A DNA stretch of 64,000 nucleotides from Chiloscyllium plagiosum (lineage: Eukaryota), in contig NC_057718.1 of the NCBI RefSeq assembly GCF_004010195.1, forward strand, positions 64,919,548 to 64,983,547, written 5' to 3'. Shown piece by piece: positions 1 to 12,149 of this stretch (the stretch's first letter is position 1; each line of letters starts with the position of its first letter). Made by a program: the position numbers and the translations under genes. The notes beneath the pieces were generated by a model. That model was given only the letters and a program-made list of their open reading frames with translations, was not told the origin of the DNA and searched no databases.

Positions 1-1619
1 AAGTGAATATTCTCCTTAGAATTTCCAGACTTTGTCTTACTCTTCTCACCATACAATGTATATAGCTAGACTGGTCAATGGTAAGCTGAGGAAGTTGATG
101 GTGCAGCGTACGGCAATGGTAATACAATGGAATGTCAAGTGAGGGTTGCTAAATTTCCCCTTTGTGGAAATAGTCATTGTTTCACACCTGTGTGGCGCCA
201 AAAGTACTTGCACATCAGCTCCAGGCTAAGTGCTGTGCAGATGTTGCTACATATGGACTACTTCAGCAACTGAGGAGTTGTGAATCTTACTGAAAGTTTT
301 ACAATTGTTTGCACATACTCCCACTACTGACCCAATGATGGGGCAAAGTGTATTGGCAAAGCAGTTGACAATATTTATGTTCAGGAAATCCATGTCTGTA
401 TTATTCTACAACTGCTGTGAGCCTATTCTCAATCAGCATCAGTTCGAGCAAGTTTCAATTTTACACTAATAACCTGTACACCATTACTCAACTTGGGCCA
501 TTTTTCAGGATAATACTGTCCAGAGCCCATTCGCTGAGGTCAAACATGGCCAAACATGGTCACACAAGTTGAATATCTGAGGTGAGAATGATCGTTCTTG
601 GCATCAAAGCAGTCTTTGACCAAGTTGGGACCAAGGAACTGCATTAAAATGAAACTCCAGCTAAACTCAGAGAAAACCTGGGATCAATGGCCTAACTCTG
701 TTCCTACATCTTATGATTCCTACATTAAATTGTGGCAACACTCCAAAATTGTTACTTTGCTAAAAAGCACTTCGAAACTGTAAAAAAAGTTTAATAAATG
801 AAAGATTTTATTTCTTCTTAAGATCACCATACCCGTACTGTCTCACAATAAATATCCATAATCAAATCCAGGTTAGCTACATACACATAATATTCTCCCA
901 ACCCATATAATTCCCTGGCGCAATCACATTTTTAAAGCTCTGATTGGAGGTGCCGAATTTGGACTGGGGTGGACAAGGTCAGAAGTCAGACAACACCAGG
1001 TTATAGTCCAACAGATTTCACTTTACCTGACAAAGGGCAATGCTCCGAAAACTACTTTGAACCCTATTCCTGTATTGACAATACAGTGACACGGAGTGTA
1101 TATGCCTCAATGCGTTGCAGCATGGAAATTGCCACAGCTTCCCATTCAGTGTATGAATGATATTATTCTGGGACACACTGCTCCGATGTCAAGAGTTTCA
1201 CAATGTGGAGCAAGCCTTTGGTGTCAGTTCTGCCTCATGCTACAGACTCACAGAAAACTAGAAAAAACGTTACAGTTGTCAGTGAAGCATGCTCACTGAA
1301 GCATGTGCAATATGTCGTTGCCATTTTGCAGTGATAAAATTCGGAGAAAAGGATAATAGTCGAATGACCAGCAGTCAATCTATGTTGATGTCCATGTCAC
1401 AGGTGTCTTCTGAGCACCACCTCTTAAATTGCATTAAGTCCCTTGGATATGTGAAAAAGACGTCTCAATTTATTTAAAGATCGTACTTGAAAAAATTAAC
1501 CAGGACCTGCTCAGATCAGTTTTTCAGATGTTATCCAATTAAGAAATCAATATAACATCAGGAGAAACAGGCTGTTAAGGACTTCAGGAGCTCAGGGTCA
1601 GAGTTACATAGAAAGGTAG

Positions 1620-3470
1620 GGGGAACGGCGTTAGCGAGTCTGGTTGCCCCTGAACAGAGCTGGGACTAATCTCCTTGTGGGAGCTTTTGCCAGTTCGATC
1701 AGTGAGGTTTTAAATTAGTTTGGCAGGGAGATGGGAGCCAAAGTGTAGGCTTAGATGGGTCAGATTCAGATCAGGAAATGGGAGGTAGAACTTTAGGGGA
1801 AGTGCTAAATGAATATTTTTTGTCAGTATTCACACTGGAAAAAGACAATGTTATCAAGGAGAATACTGAGATATACGCTACTAGATGGGATTGATGTTAG
1901 CAAGGAGGAGGTGATAGCAATTCGGGACAGTGTGAAAATAAATAAGTCCCCTGGGCTGGATGGGATTTATCCGAGGATTCTCTGGGAGTCAGGGAGGAGA
2001 TTGCTGAGTCTTTGGCTTTGATCTTAATACCGTCATTGTCTAGACTATTCTGGAATAGTGCCAGAAGACTGGAGGAAAACAAATGTTGTCCCCTTGTTCA
2101 AGAAAAAGAGAAGAGACAACCCTGGTAATTATAGACCGGTGAGCCTTACTCCAGTTGTTGGTAAAGTGTTGGAAAAGATTATTAGAGATAGGATTTATAA
2201 TCATCTAGAGGAATACATTCATTAGGGACAGTCAACAAGGTTTTGTGAAGGGTAGGTCATGTCTCACAAATCTTAATGAGTTCTTTGAGATGGTGATTGA
2301 ACAGGTGGATGAGAGAAAAGCGGTTGATGTGGTGTATATGGATTTCAGTAAGGTGTTTGATAAGGTTCCCCATGGTAGGCTATTGTACAAAATATGGGGC
2401 ATCGGATTGAGGATGATTTAGCGGTGTGGATCAGACATTGGCCATCTAAAAGAAGACGGTGTGGTGGTTGATGGGAAATGTTCATCCTGATGAAGGGCTT
2501 TTGCCTGAAACATTGATTCTCCTGCTCCTCAGATGCTGCCTGACTGCTGTGCTTTTCCAGCACCACACTCTCGACAATGTTCATTCTGGAGTTCAGTTAC
2601 TAGTGGTGTACTGCAGGGATCTGTTTTGAGGCCACTGCTATTTGCCATTTTTATAAGTGATCTAGATGAGGCCATAGAAGGATAGGTTAGTAAATTTGTG
2701 GACGGCACTAAGGTCAGTGGAGTTGTGGATATTGCTGAAAGATGTGACAGGTTTCAGAAGGACATAGATAAGCTGCAGAGCTGATCTGAGAGGTGGCAAA
2801 TGGAGTTTAATGCAGAAAAGTGGGAGGTGATTCACTTTGGAAGGAACAACAGGAATAAACAGTACTGGTTTAATGGTAAGATTCTTGGTAGTGTAGTGAA
2901 TCGGAGCCACGTGGTCACGCTGCAGCTGTACAAAACTCTGGTGCAGCCACATTTGGAGTATTGCATACAGTTCTGGTCATCACATTATAGGAAGGATGTG
3001 GAAGCTTTGGAAAGGGTTCAGAGGAGATTTACCAGGATGTTGCCTGATATGGAGAGAAGGCCTTCTGAGGAAAGGCTGAGGGACTGGAGTCTGTTTTTGT
3101 TAGAGAGAAGAAGGTTGAGAGGTGACTTAATTGAGACATACAAGATAATCAGAGGATTAGATAGGGTGGACAATGATAGCCTTTTTCCTCAGATGGCTAG
3201 CACAAGAGGACATAGCTTTAAATTGAGGGGTGATAGATAAAGGACAGAGGTGGTTTCTTTACTCAGAGAGTAGTAAGGGAGTGCAACGCACTGCCTGCAA
3301 CAGTAGTAGACTTGCCAACTTTAAGGGCATTTAAATGGTCGTTGGATAGACATATGGATGAAAATGGAATAGTGTAGGATAGGTGGGCTTCAGATTGTTG
3401 CACCGACCTGTGGAACCATCGAGGGCAAAGGGTCTGTACTCCACTGGAATGTTCTATATCCTACATTTTA
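1620..3470 (+). mobile_element. CR1 LINE, decayed ORF2 (RT) and 3' tail
   Basis: KSPGLDGIYPRIL, VVYMDFS, QFWSSHYRKDVEALERVQRRFTRM and RRLRGDLIETYKI motifs with frameshifts and stops. Confidence 0.9.
2485..2575 (+). mobile_element. solo PLE terminal-repeat fragment inserted in CR1
   Basis: CTGATGAAGGGCTTTTGCCTGAAACATTGATTCTCC...; flanked by AATGTTCAT(C/T)CTG at 2477-2489 and 2576-2588. Confidence 0.8.
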
Positions 3471-4243
3471 TGTTCTTGCAAGAACCCACATGGTTTTGGT
3501 CAATTCCATGAAATCTCCTTTCAACACTCTCTAAACCAACTCTACCCTATTCAATCTAGCCACAAAACTAAAGTCATATATCCCTGCAACCATTTTTACA
3601 CTCTCTCCAAAGTCTATGCATCCTTCCTCAAGTGTGCGCCTAGAACTAGGCATGCTATTGGAGCAAAGGCCATAACACTGTTATAAGGATACGTCATTCC
3701 TTCCTTGTTTTTTCATGTTGTGTCATTTTTTTTTTAAAGCCCAAAATCTTTTCAAACATTTATTTTGTCTTACTTGGAGGATGGGAAAAATTGTGGCTGT
3801 AAGAGCTGCTTCTTTTTTGAAGTATCTTAGGTGTTGGAGGTGATATCCTTAAATTCCAGGAGCAACAATTACTGTTTTACATGCTGTTGCATTGGTTTGG
3901 AAACTTAGGGAAAAAAGATCAAAACAATGGCACTTTTAAAAGGAGTAAGACAGACAAAAGGCAGTGACCACATGGTCAGTGAGGGAGAGAGAGAAAGCAA
4001 TCTACATTGATGGCTGACACAGCAGTGAGTCTGCACAGTTACTGCCTTTGCTGTTTGAGTTCATGTATCTCTGAACATCGGAGTGCGTCGAGGAAAAATG
4101 AACAAACAGTGAAATTCACAACTGAACTTGGAGGAACCAGTGTGGGAGAGCCCAAAGCACAGGAACAGATAAGTGCATGGTTTTTAGTGTGTAACCTTGC
4201 TCTAAGTCTACAGTACTGAGTAGAGTGGGTTCTTTCAAGATTA

Positions 4244-4416
4244 CAGAGGAACCTTGATTATCTGAAGGACATGAGTGGGGAGTATTTTGTTTGGTTGATC
4301 GAATGTTGGATAATCGATGCAGGATAATATGGTTAGCTATGCCTCGGGACCATGCGATCTTGTTCGGGTCATCCAAAATTCAGTTAATCGAATGCCGAAT
4401 AATCGAGGTTCCTCTG
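4244..4416. mobile_element. MITE, Tc1/mariner-pogo (Tigger-like)
   Basis: terminal inverted repeats CAGAGGAACCT(T/C)GATTAT; TA on both sides (4242-4243 and 4417-4418); no ORF. Confidence 0.8.
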
Positions 4417-6226
4417 TATATGTGTTATTGAGATCTGTCTCTTGACTAAATTTTAAAAATTTAAACTAGCTGGAGCACTTTCTTTTAGAGCAAAAAGATG
4501 GTGCTATTTTTTGGGTCTGTAGATTGTGAAGGAGCAAAGATGGCCATTAATACAGTGATGTGCTCTTCCTCTTGGATGTGGGAGTTTAGGGAGAGTTTAC
4601 ATGTTACTGATGATTATGTCTGCAGGTTGTGAATCCTATCAGATCACATGGATCAGTTGGAGCAGCAGTAATAGGCAATATGAAAGTTACAAGAGGTGAG
4701 GGGATGTGATGAATGGCAGTTATAGGAAGGGAGAAAAGCCACAGATACAGTCAGGTAGATGGATTAACTCCAGGAAAGGTAGGAGGGTAGGCAGGTAATG
4801 CAGGAGTTTTATGTGGCTATCCCCATTTCAAACAAGTATGCTGATTTGGAAAATGCAGGGGGTGATGGACTCTCAGAGGAATGTTGCATGAACAGCTAAG
4901 TTTCTGGTATAGGGACTAGCTCCAATGTAATGAGAGTTAAATCGGGTTCCAAGTGATTGGTTGCGATTGGGGGACTCCTAGTCAGAGGCACAGACAAACG
5001 TTTCTGCAGCCGGCAATGAGAAATCAGAATGGTGCGTTGCCTCCCTGGTCCCAAGATCAAGGATATCTCAGAGAGGGTGCAGAATGTTCTCAAAGGGGAC
5101 AGGGACCAGTAGGAGAAGGTGAGATTCTGAAAGGAGAATACAGAAAGTTAGGCAGGTATTTAAAAAGGTCAGCAAGTGTAGTAATATCTGGATTATTCCT
5201 GGTGATACAAGCAGTGAGGGTAGGAGTAGGAGGATAAAGCAGATGAATGCATGGCTGAGGAGCTGGTGGATGGGAGAAATGTTCACATTTTTGGATCATT
5301 GGAATCTCTTCTGGAGTAGAACTGACCTGTGAAAGAAGGACAGATATGGATTGCACCTGAATTGGAAGCGGACTAATATACTGGCAGGGAGATTTCATTG
5401 AGCTGTTTGGGAGGATTTAAATAAGTAAGGGGTGTTGGGGGAGGGCGGTATGGGGATCCAGGGAAATAGTGAGGAGAGAGATCAATTGGAGACTGGTACA
5501 GTTGGGAAAAGGAGCAAGTCAAACAGTCAGGGCAGGCAGGAACAAAGTAGAAAACAAGATAGGACTGATAAACTGCATTTATTTCAATGCAAGAGGCTTA
5601 ACAGGAAAGGCTGATGAATTCAGGGCATGATTAGGAACATGGGACTGGGATGTCATAGCAATTACAGAAACATGACTCAGGAATGGACAGGACTGGCAGC
5701 TTAATGTCCAGGATACAAATGCTATAGGAAGGATAGAAAGGGAGGTAAGAGAGGAGGGGGAGCGGCGTTTTTGATAAGGGGTAGCATTACTGCTATACTT
5801 AAGGAGGATATTCCTGGGGATACATCCAGAGAAGTTATTTGGGTGGAACTGAGAAATTAGAAAGGGATGATCACCTTGTTGACCCCTCCCAATAGTTAGC
5901 AGGAAATTGAGAAACAAATTTGTAAGGAGATTTCAGTAATCGGTAAGAATAACAGGGTGGTTATGGTAGGGGATTTTAACTTTCCAAACATAGACTGGTA
6001 CAGTCATAGTGTTTAGGGTTTAGATGGTGAGAAATTTATTAAGTACGTACAAGAAAATTTTCTGATTCAGCATGTGGATGTACCGAGTTGAGAAGGTGCA
6101 AAACTTGACCTACTCTTGGGAAATAAGGCAGGGCAGGTGACTTAGGTGTCAGTGGGAGGGAACTTTGGGGCCTGCGACCATAGTTCTATCTTTATTAAAA
6201 TAGTAATGGAAAAGGATAGACCAGAT

Positions 6227-6520
6227 GGGCGGCATGGTGGCACAGTGGTTAGCACTGCTGCCTCACAGCGCCAGAGACCCGGGTTCAATTCCCACCTCAG
6301 GCGACTGACTGTGTGGAGTTTGCATGTTCTCCCAGTGTCTGCGTGGGTTTCCTCCAGGTGCTCCGGTTTCCTCCCACAGTCCAAAGATGTGCAGGTGAAT
6401 TGGCCATGCTAAAATTGCCCGTAGTGTTAGATAAGGGGTAAATGTAGGGGTATGGGTGGGTGGCGGGTCGGTGTGGACTTGTTGGGCCGAAGGGCCTGTT
6501 TCCACATTGTAATGTAATCT
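6227..6520 (+). mobile_element. HE1-type tRNA-derived V-SINE inserted in CR1
   Basis: A box TGGCACAGTGG, B box GGTTCAATTCC, V domain TGTGTGGAGTTTGCA, CR1-like tail GGGCCGAAGGGCCTGTTTCC. Confidence 0.88.
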
Positions 6521-7711
6521 GATCTAAAAGTTAAAGTTCTAATTTGGAATTAGGCTAATTTTGACGGTGTTAGACAAGAACCTTCAAAAGCTGATTGGGG
6601 GCAGATGTTCGCAGGTAAAGGGACAGCTGGAAAATGGAAAACCTTCAAAAATGAGATAACGAAAGTCCAGAGACAGTATGTTCCCGTTAGGGTAAAAGAA
6701 AAAGCTGGTAGGTGGTGAAAATGCTGGATGATGAGAGAAATTTAGGTTTTGGTTATGAAAAAGAAGGAAGCATATGTCAGGTATAGACAGGAGAGATCGA
6801 GTGAATCCTTAGAAGGGTATAAAGCCAATAGGAGCATACTTAAGAGGGAAATCAGGAGGGCAAAAATGGGACATGAGATAGCTTTGGCAAATATGATTAA
6901 GGAGAATCCAAAGGGATTTGTAAATGCATTAAGGACAAAAGGGTAACTAGGGAGAAAATAGGGCCCCTCAAAGATCAGCATGACTGCCTATATGTTAAGC
7001 CGCAGGGGACATATTAAATGAGTATTTTGCATCAATGTTTACTGTGGAGCAGGCCATAGAAGATATAGAAAGTTGGGAAATAGATGGCGACATCTTGGAA
7101 AATGTCCATATTACAGAGGTGCTGGATGTCTTGAAACACATAGAAGTGGATAAATCTCCAGGACCTGATCAGGTGTATCCTAGAATTCTGTGGGAAGCTG
7201 GGGAAGTGATTGCTGGGCCCCTTGCTGAGATACTTGTATTACTGATAGTCACAGGTGAGGTGCCAGAAGACTGGAGATTGGCTGATGTAGTGCCATTATT
7301 TAAGAAAGGTGATAAGGATAAGCCAGGAAAGTATAGACCAGTGAGCCTGACCTCAGTGGTGGGCAATTTGTTGGAGGGAATCCTGAGGGACAGGATTTAC
7401 ATGTATTTGGAAAGGCAAGGACTGATTGGAGATAGTCTGCATGGCTTTGTGTGCAGGAAATCATGTCTCATGATTGAGTTTTTTGAAGAAGTAACAAAGA
7501 GGATTGATGAAGGCAGAGTAGTAGACGTGATATATATGGATTTCAGTAAGGCGTTCAACAAGGTTCCTCATGGGACATTGGTTAGCAAAGTTAGATCTCA
7601 GAATACAGGGAGAATTAGCCATTTGGATACAGACTGGTTCAAAGACAGACGGTGGTGGTGGAGGGTTGCTTTTCAGACTTGAGGCCTGTGACCCACAAGG
7701 ATCAGTGCTGT

Positions 7712-7838
7712 GATAAAGTGAGGACTGCAAATGCTGGAAATCAGAGGCGAGTGTATGGTGCTGGAAAAGCACAGCACATCAGGCAGCATCCGAGGAGCAG
7801 GAAAATTGACGTTTCAGGCAAAAGCCTTTCATGAGGAA
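7712..7838 (-). mobile_element. solo PLE terminal repeat inserted in CR1
   Basis: matches the other copies of the repeat; hammerhead core mutated to CTCATGA. Confidence 0.8.
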
Positions 7839-8771
7839 GGTTTTTCATCATTTATATAAATGATCTGGATGTGAACATAGAAGGTACAGTTAGTGAGTTT
7901 GCAGATTACATCAAAATTGGAGGTGTAGCGAACAATGAAGAAGGATACCTCAGAGTACAACTGGATCTTGATCAGATGGGCCAGGGGCTGAGAAGTGGCA
8001 GATGGAGTTTAATTCAGATAAATGCGAGGTTCTGCATTTTGGGAAAGCAAATCAGAGCAAGACTTAAACACTTAATGGTAAGGTCCTAGGAAGTGTTGCT
8101 AGACAAAGAAACCTGGGAGTGTAGGTTCATAACTCGTTGAAAGTAGAGTCGCAGGTAGATAAGATAGTGAAGAAGGCGTTTGGAATGCTTTCTTTTATTG
8201 GTCAGAATATTGAGTACAGGAGTTGGGAAGTCATGTTGCGGCATTGGTTAGGCCACTGTTGGAATATTGCATGCAATTCTGGTCTCCTTCCTATTCGAAA
8301 GATGTTGTGAAACTTTGAAGGGTTCAGAAAAGATTTACTAAGATGTTGCCAGGGTTGAAGGATATGAACTATGGGGAGAGGTTGAATAGACTGAGGCTGT
8401 TTTCCTTGGGGTGTCGGAGGCTGAGGGGTGACCTTATAGAGGTTTATAAAATCATGAAGGGCATGGACAGGATAAATAGACAAGGTCTTTTCCCTGGAGT
8501 TGGGGAATCCAGAACTAGAGGACATTGGTTTACGGTGAGAGGGGAAAGATATAAAAGAGACCTGAGGGGCAGCTTTTTTTTTTACACAGAGGGTGGTAAG
8601 TGTATAGAATAAGCTGCCAGAGGATGTGGTGGAGGCTGGTACAATTGCAACATTTAAAAGGCATTTGGATGGGTATATGAATAAGAAGGGTTTGGAGGGA
8701 TATGGGCCGGGTGCTGGCAGGTGGGACTCGATTGGGTTGGGATATCTGGTCGGCAATGCTGTACACCTTTA

Positions 8772-8852
8772 TGAGTGAGTGAGTGAGTGAGTGAGTGAGT
8801 GAGTGAGTGAGTGTGAGTGAGAGAGAGAAAAAGAGACACAGAGAGAGAGAGA
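8772..8852. repeat. (GAGT)n / (GA)n microsatellite
   Basis: directly visible. Confidence 0.95.
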
Positions 8853-9344
8853 ATCAGCCTGTGTTATCAAGTGTGGACTTTGAGTGGAATTCACCCCTCT
8901 TTGGTGTTTCATAGGCACTGATGAGAAAGTTGGAAGATCTGGCAAGAATTTAAAATGTCCAAATCTTAATATCAATACAATTTTTCACCATAAGCTTTAA
9001 ATGGTGATTTCACTCCTGTGTGGGCGATGTCCTTATTTTCATGCATTTGTATCTCATTATTTGTTCAACCTGCCTTATGGATACCTTCCAATTCTCCTTT
9101 CCTTCACTGAGAAAGTAGATGGTGCAAATGCCCAAGATGGAAGACAGAGTGGCTGCAGTTCATCACTTGCTTGCCCTCGACATCATTCAACTCAATCTTG
9201 AAACAACATTCTATGATCACCATTGTCCTTGATCTTTTATTCACTCAATTCAACACTGGCCAACCATCAGCCTTACCACTACTTCATGCCAGCTCTCTGT
9301 CTCAGACACAACTTCAGCCCTTCAACACTTTACTTTGGAGGTCA

Positions 9345-10631
9345 GGGACACTCAGGACATGCAGGAGAATCAATGTTTCCAGCATAAGCCCTTCATCAGG
9401 ACTGAGAATTGTGAGCCGGGGGCTGAAAGATAAATGGGAGGGAGGTAGGGTTGGGGAGGGAAGGTAGCTGAGAATGCAATAGGTAGATGAAAGTGAGGGA
9501 GAAGGTGATAGGTCGGAGAGGAGGGTGGAGCGGATAGATGGGAAAGGTGATGGACAGGTCAGGAGGGTGGTGTCGAGTTGGAGGCTTGCTACCGGGTTAA
9601 TGTGGGAGGAGGGGAAATGAGGAAACTGGTGAAATCCACATTGATCCCGTGTGGTTGTAGGGTCCCAAGATGGAATATGAGGCATTCTTCCTCCAGGCGT
9701 CGGATAATAAGGGTTTGGTGATGGAATAAGCCAGGACCTGCATGTCCTTAGCGAAGTGAGAGGGGAGTTGAAGTGTTCAGCCACAGGGCAGTGGGGTTGG
9801 TTGGTACGGCTGTCGCAGGTGCTTTCTGAAATGATCCGCAATTAGGCCTCCTGTCTCCCTGGTGTAAAGGAGACCACATTGGATGCAACGGATATAGTAG
9901 ACGTAAAGGTAATTTTCTGTTGGATCCTATTGGGCCTTGGATGGAGGCAAGGGGAGTGGTGTGGGCGCAGGATTTGCATTTCCTCTGGTTGCAGGGGAAG
10001 GTGCTGGGAGTGGGATGTGCATTGGAGGGGGGGCGGTTTGTAGATCTGATGAGTGTCATGGAGGGAATAGTCTCTCTGGAACGCTGATGGGGTGGGGAGG
10101 GAAAAATATATCTGGTGGTGGGGTCCATTTGTAGGTGGTGGAAGTGGCAGAGGATGATGCGAGATGTGTGGAGGTTAGTGGGATGGAAAGTGAGGACCAG
10201 GGGGTTCTGTCCTTGTTTGAAGGGGTGGGGTTTAAGGGTGGAGATGTGGGAAGTGGAGGAGATGCACTGTGGGGTACCATCAACCATGTGGGAAGGGGAA
10301 TTGCGATCTTGGAAGGAGGCATTCTGGGATTTAAGGTGGAATTGGTCATCCTAGGAGTAGATGTGGCACAGGCAATGGAATTGGGAATAAGGGATGGCTT
10401 TTTTTACAGGAGGTAGGGTGGGAGGAGGTGTCATCTAGGTAACTATGGGAGTCGATGGGCTTGTAGTAGATGTCTTTAGATAGTCCGTGGTTAGTCAATA
10501 AGCGTGGATGGGGGGGCTTATGCCCAAAACGCGATGCTCCTGTTCCTCGCATGATGCAATACCTGCTGTGCTTTTCCAGCACCATACTTTTGACTCTGAT
10601 CTCCAGCATCTGCAGTTCTCACTTTCTCCTA
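9345..10631 (-). mobile_element. Penelope-like element, 5'-truncated, with an inverted terminal repeat
   Basis: DIYYKPIDSHSYL RT C-terminal remnant; decayed GIY-YIG region; terminal repeat at 9345-9402 (-) and an inverted copy at about 10510-10631 (+). Confidence 0.85.
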
Positions 10632-11669
10632 ATAAGTTTGGATGACTTGGTTATTCTGGCCCTTTCCAGGAAGAAGGATCAAGACATTTAGGTTTGCAAA
10701 CAATGCAATGGTGAGAATGGTTAGACTATTAACCCCCAAGTTCGATGGAAGTATTTGAACTGTCAAGCTTTATAAATGATTGGACTTTAAACGTCCTAAT
10801 TAATTACAAAACTGAAGAAAGTTACAGGTCTAGAAGATAGCCAATGAGCCATTCTATACGGATACAAAACCCAAGTGATTTCATAATGCCATGGAGGTCG
10901 TCGTTGAGGGAGGAAGAGTCCATAGGAAGCCATTGTAGAATTGCAATAAAGTTTTTTCATAAAAATATCACTGAGCCAGTATAGCTCTGTCTTAATTCAT
11001 AATGAAATACTGCACAAGTCAGATTGTGTTCAGAAGTCATCCATTTGGACAAAGAAAACTGAGTTAAGAATCATTCCCAGAGAATGAGAGCAGATTAAAA
11101 TAACACTGTAGAGGAAGATTTTCAACAATTTTATATGATAAATAAGGGATGTTTTCTGTGGTTTAGAGTGTAAGTTGCCAATCGAAACACTGTTTAGTTA
11201 GTGTTGTATTTAAATCGGGTGTTACACTCAAGTCTCAAAATTGAAATCATGTTATGCATTCCTTTCATCCATTCATAGGATGTTTCAGTTTTTTTTTTAC
11301 AATGTTCGGTCTCCGCAGGGATCATCACTGCAATAGTCAGCTTTCATTTTGATGTAGAATTTAATTAAATATCAATTTAAATTCCTTCATAGCAGTACAG
11401 AGGTCTCAGATTGCAGAAAGATCTCGATTCTCAAGGATCATTGCTGCATGCTAATTCTATCTCATTCGTATTCATTTCAAGCCTCTAACACTCACTCAAA
11501 GGACTTCACTAGCAAAAAGCACAAGTTAATTGTTATCAACAACTTTATTAATAAGGTACCAAATATTATGAAATATAGGCTGCAACTTTGAAAAATAAGA
11601 TGGAAAAGACACATGCCAGCAAGTGATGTCCATTTCCCCATTGTTAAAAGAGGAAGGTAGTTCACTCAC

Positions 11670-11812
11670 CATTAAAACACCAAAGGACCACCAATCTGCA
11701 CTTTGTGCATGACCACGTCGATTAACTACTTCAGGAGCCATATATTCTATTGTCCCACAGAAGGAATAGGCTCGTTTGTCAAGGTCAACAGCCTCCTTGC
11801 TGAGTCCAAAGT
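11670..11812 (-). CDS. RPS6KA2: p90 RSK coding exon, DFG and activation loop
   Basis: 143 bp, ctcag|AC...ATG|gtgagt; (D)[59 protein letters not shown] is RSK3-type. Confidence 0.95.
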
Positions 11813-11947
11813 CTGAGTAACAAGAATGACTTTTAGGTATGGCTGAAATATTGTCAAACTATCAGAAAAAAATGCAATGAACTTAAATATTCTATTTCAA
11901 TGCTACTGGCTTTCATCCTCATTAACAATAAGATAAAATACACTCAC

Positions 11948-11985
11948 CTGTGATTTTAATGTGGCCATCTTCATCTAGAAGTACA
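11948..11985 (-). CDS. RPS6KA2: p90 RSK short coding exon
   Basis: 38 bp, ttcag|T...ACAG|gtgagt; (N)VLLDEDGHIKIT(D); HIKIT is RSK3-like; followed by a 135-bp intron. Confidence 0.93.
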
Positions 11986-12149
11986 CTGAAATTCAAGCAG
12001 CAGTACAAATTAAAAAATACTCAACATAAACAAATATTGAAGTCCACTCCATATTTGTAACTTAGTTTTACTACCAATGACAATGGTGTCTACTAGAATA
12101 CATAAGTAACTGTCAGTACTCAGTTCAAATTCTAGTCATCTTTCAAATA

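Larger units (their letters stand above)
4500..8755 (+). mobile_element. near full-length decayed CR1 LINE (ORF1 with esterase-like remnant, ORF2 APE-RT)
   Basis: ORF1 GDSLVRGTD-like and LHLN motifs near 4965-5390; YFNARGL at about 5577; VMVGDFNFP; RT ORF 7035-7682 (KSPGPDQVYPRIL, YMDFSKAF); CR1 3' end. Confidence 0.9.

Noticed and set aside
6227..6300. tRNA genes at SINE heads (also 31005, 32892, 42957, 46776)
   Set aside because: The A and B boxes run on into SINE bodies and LINE-derived tails.
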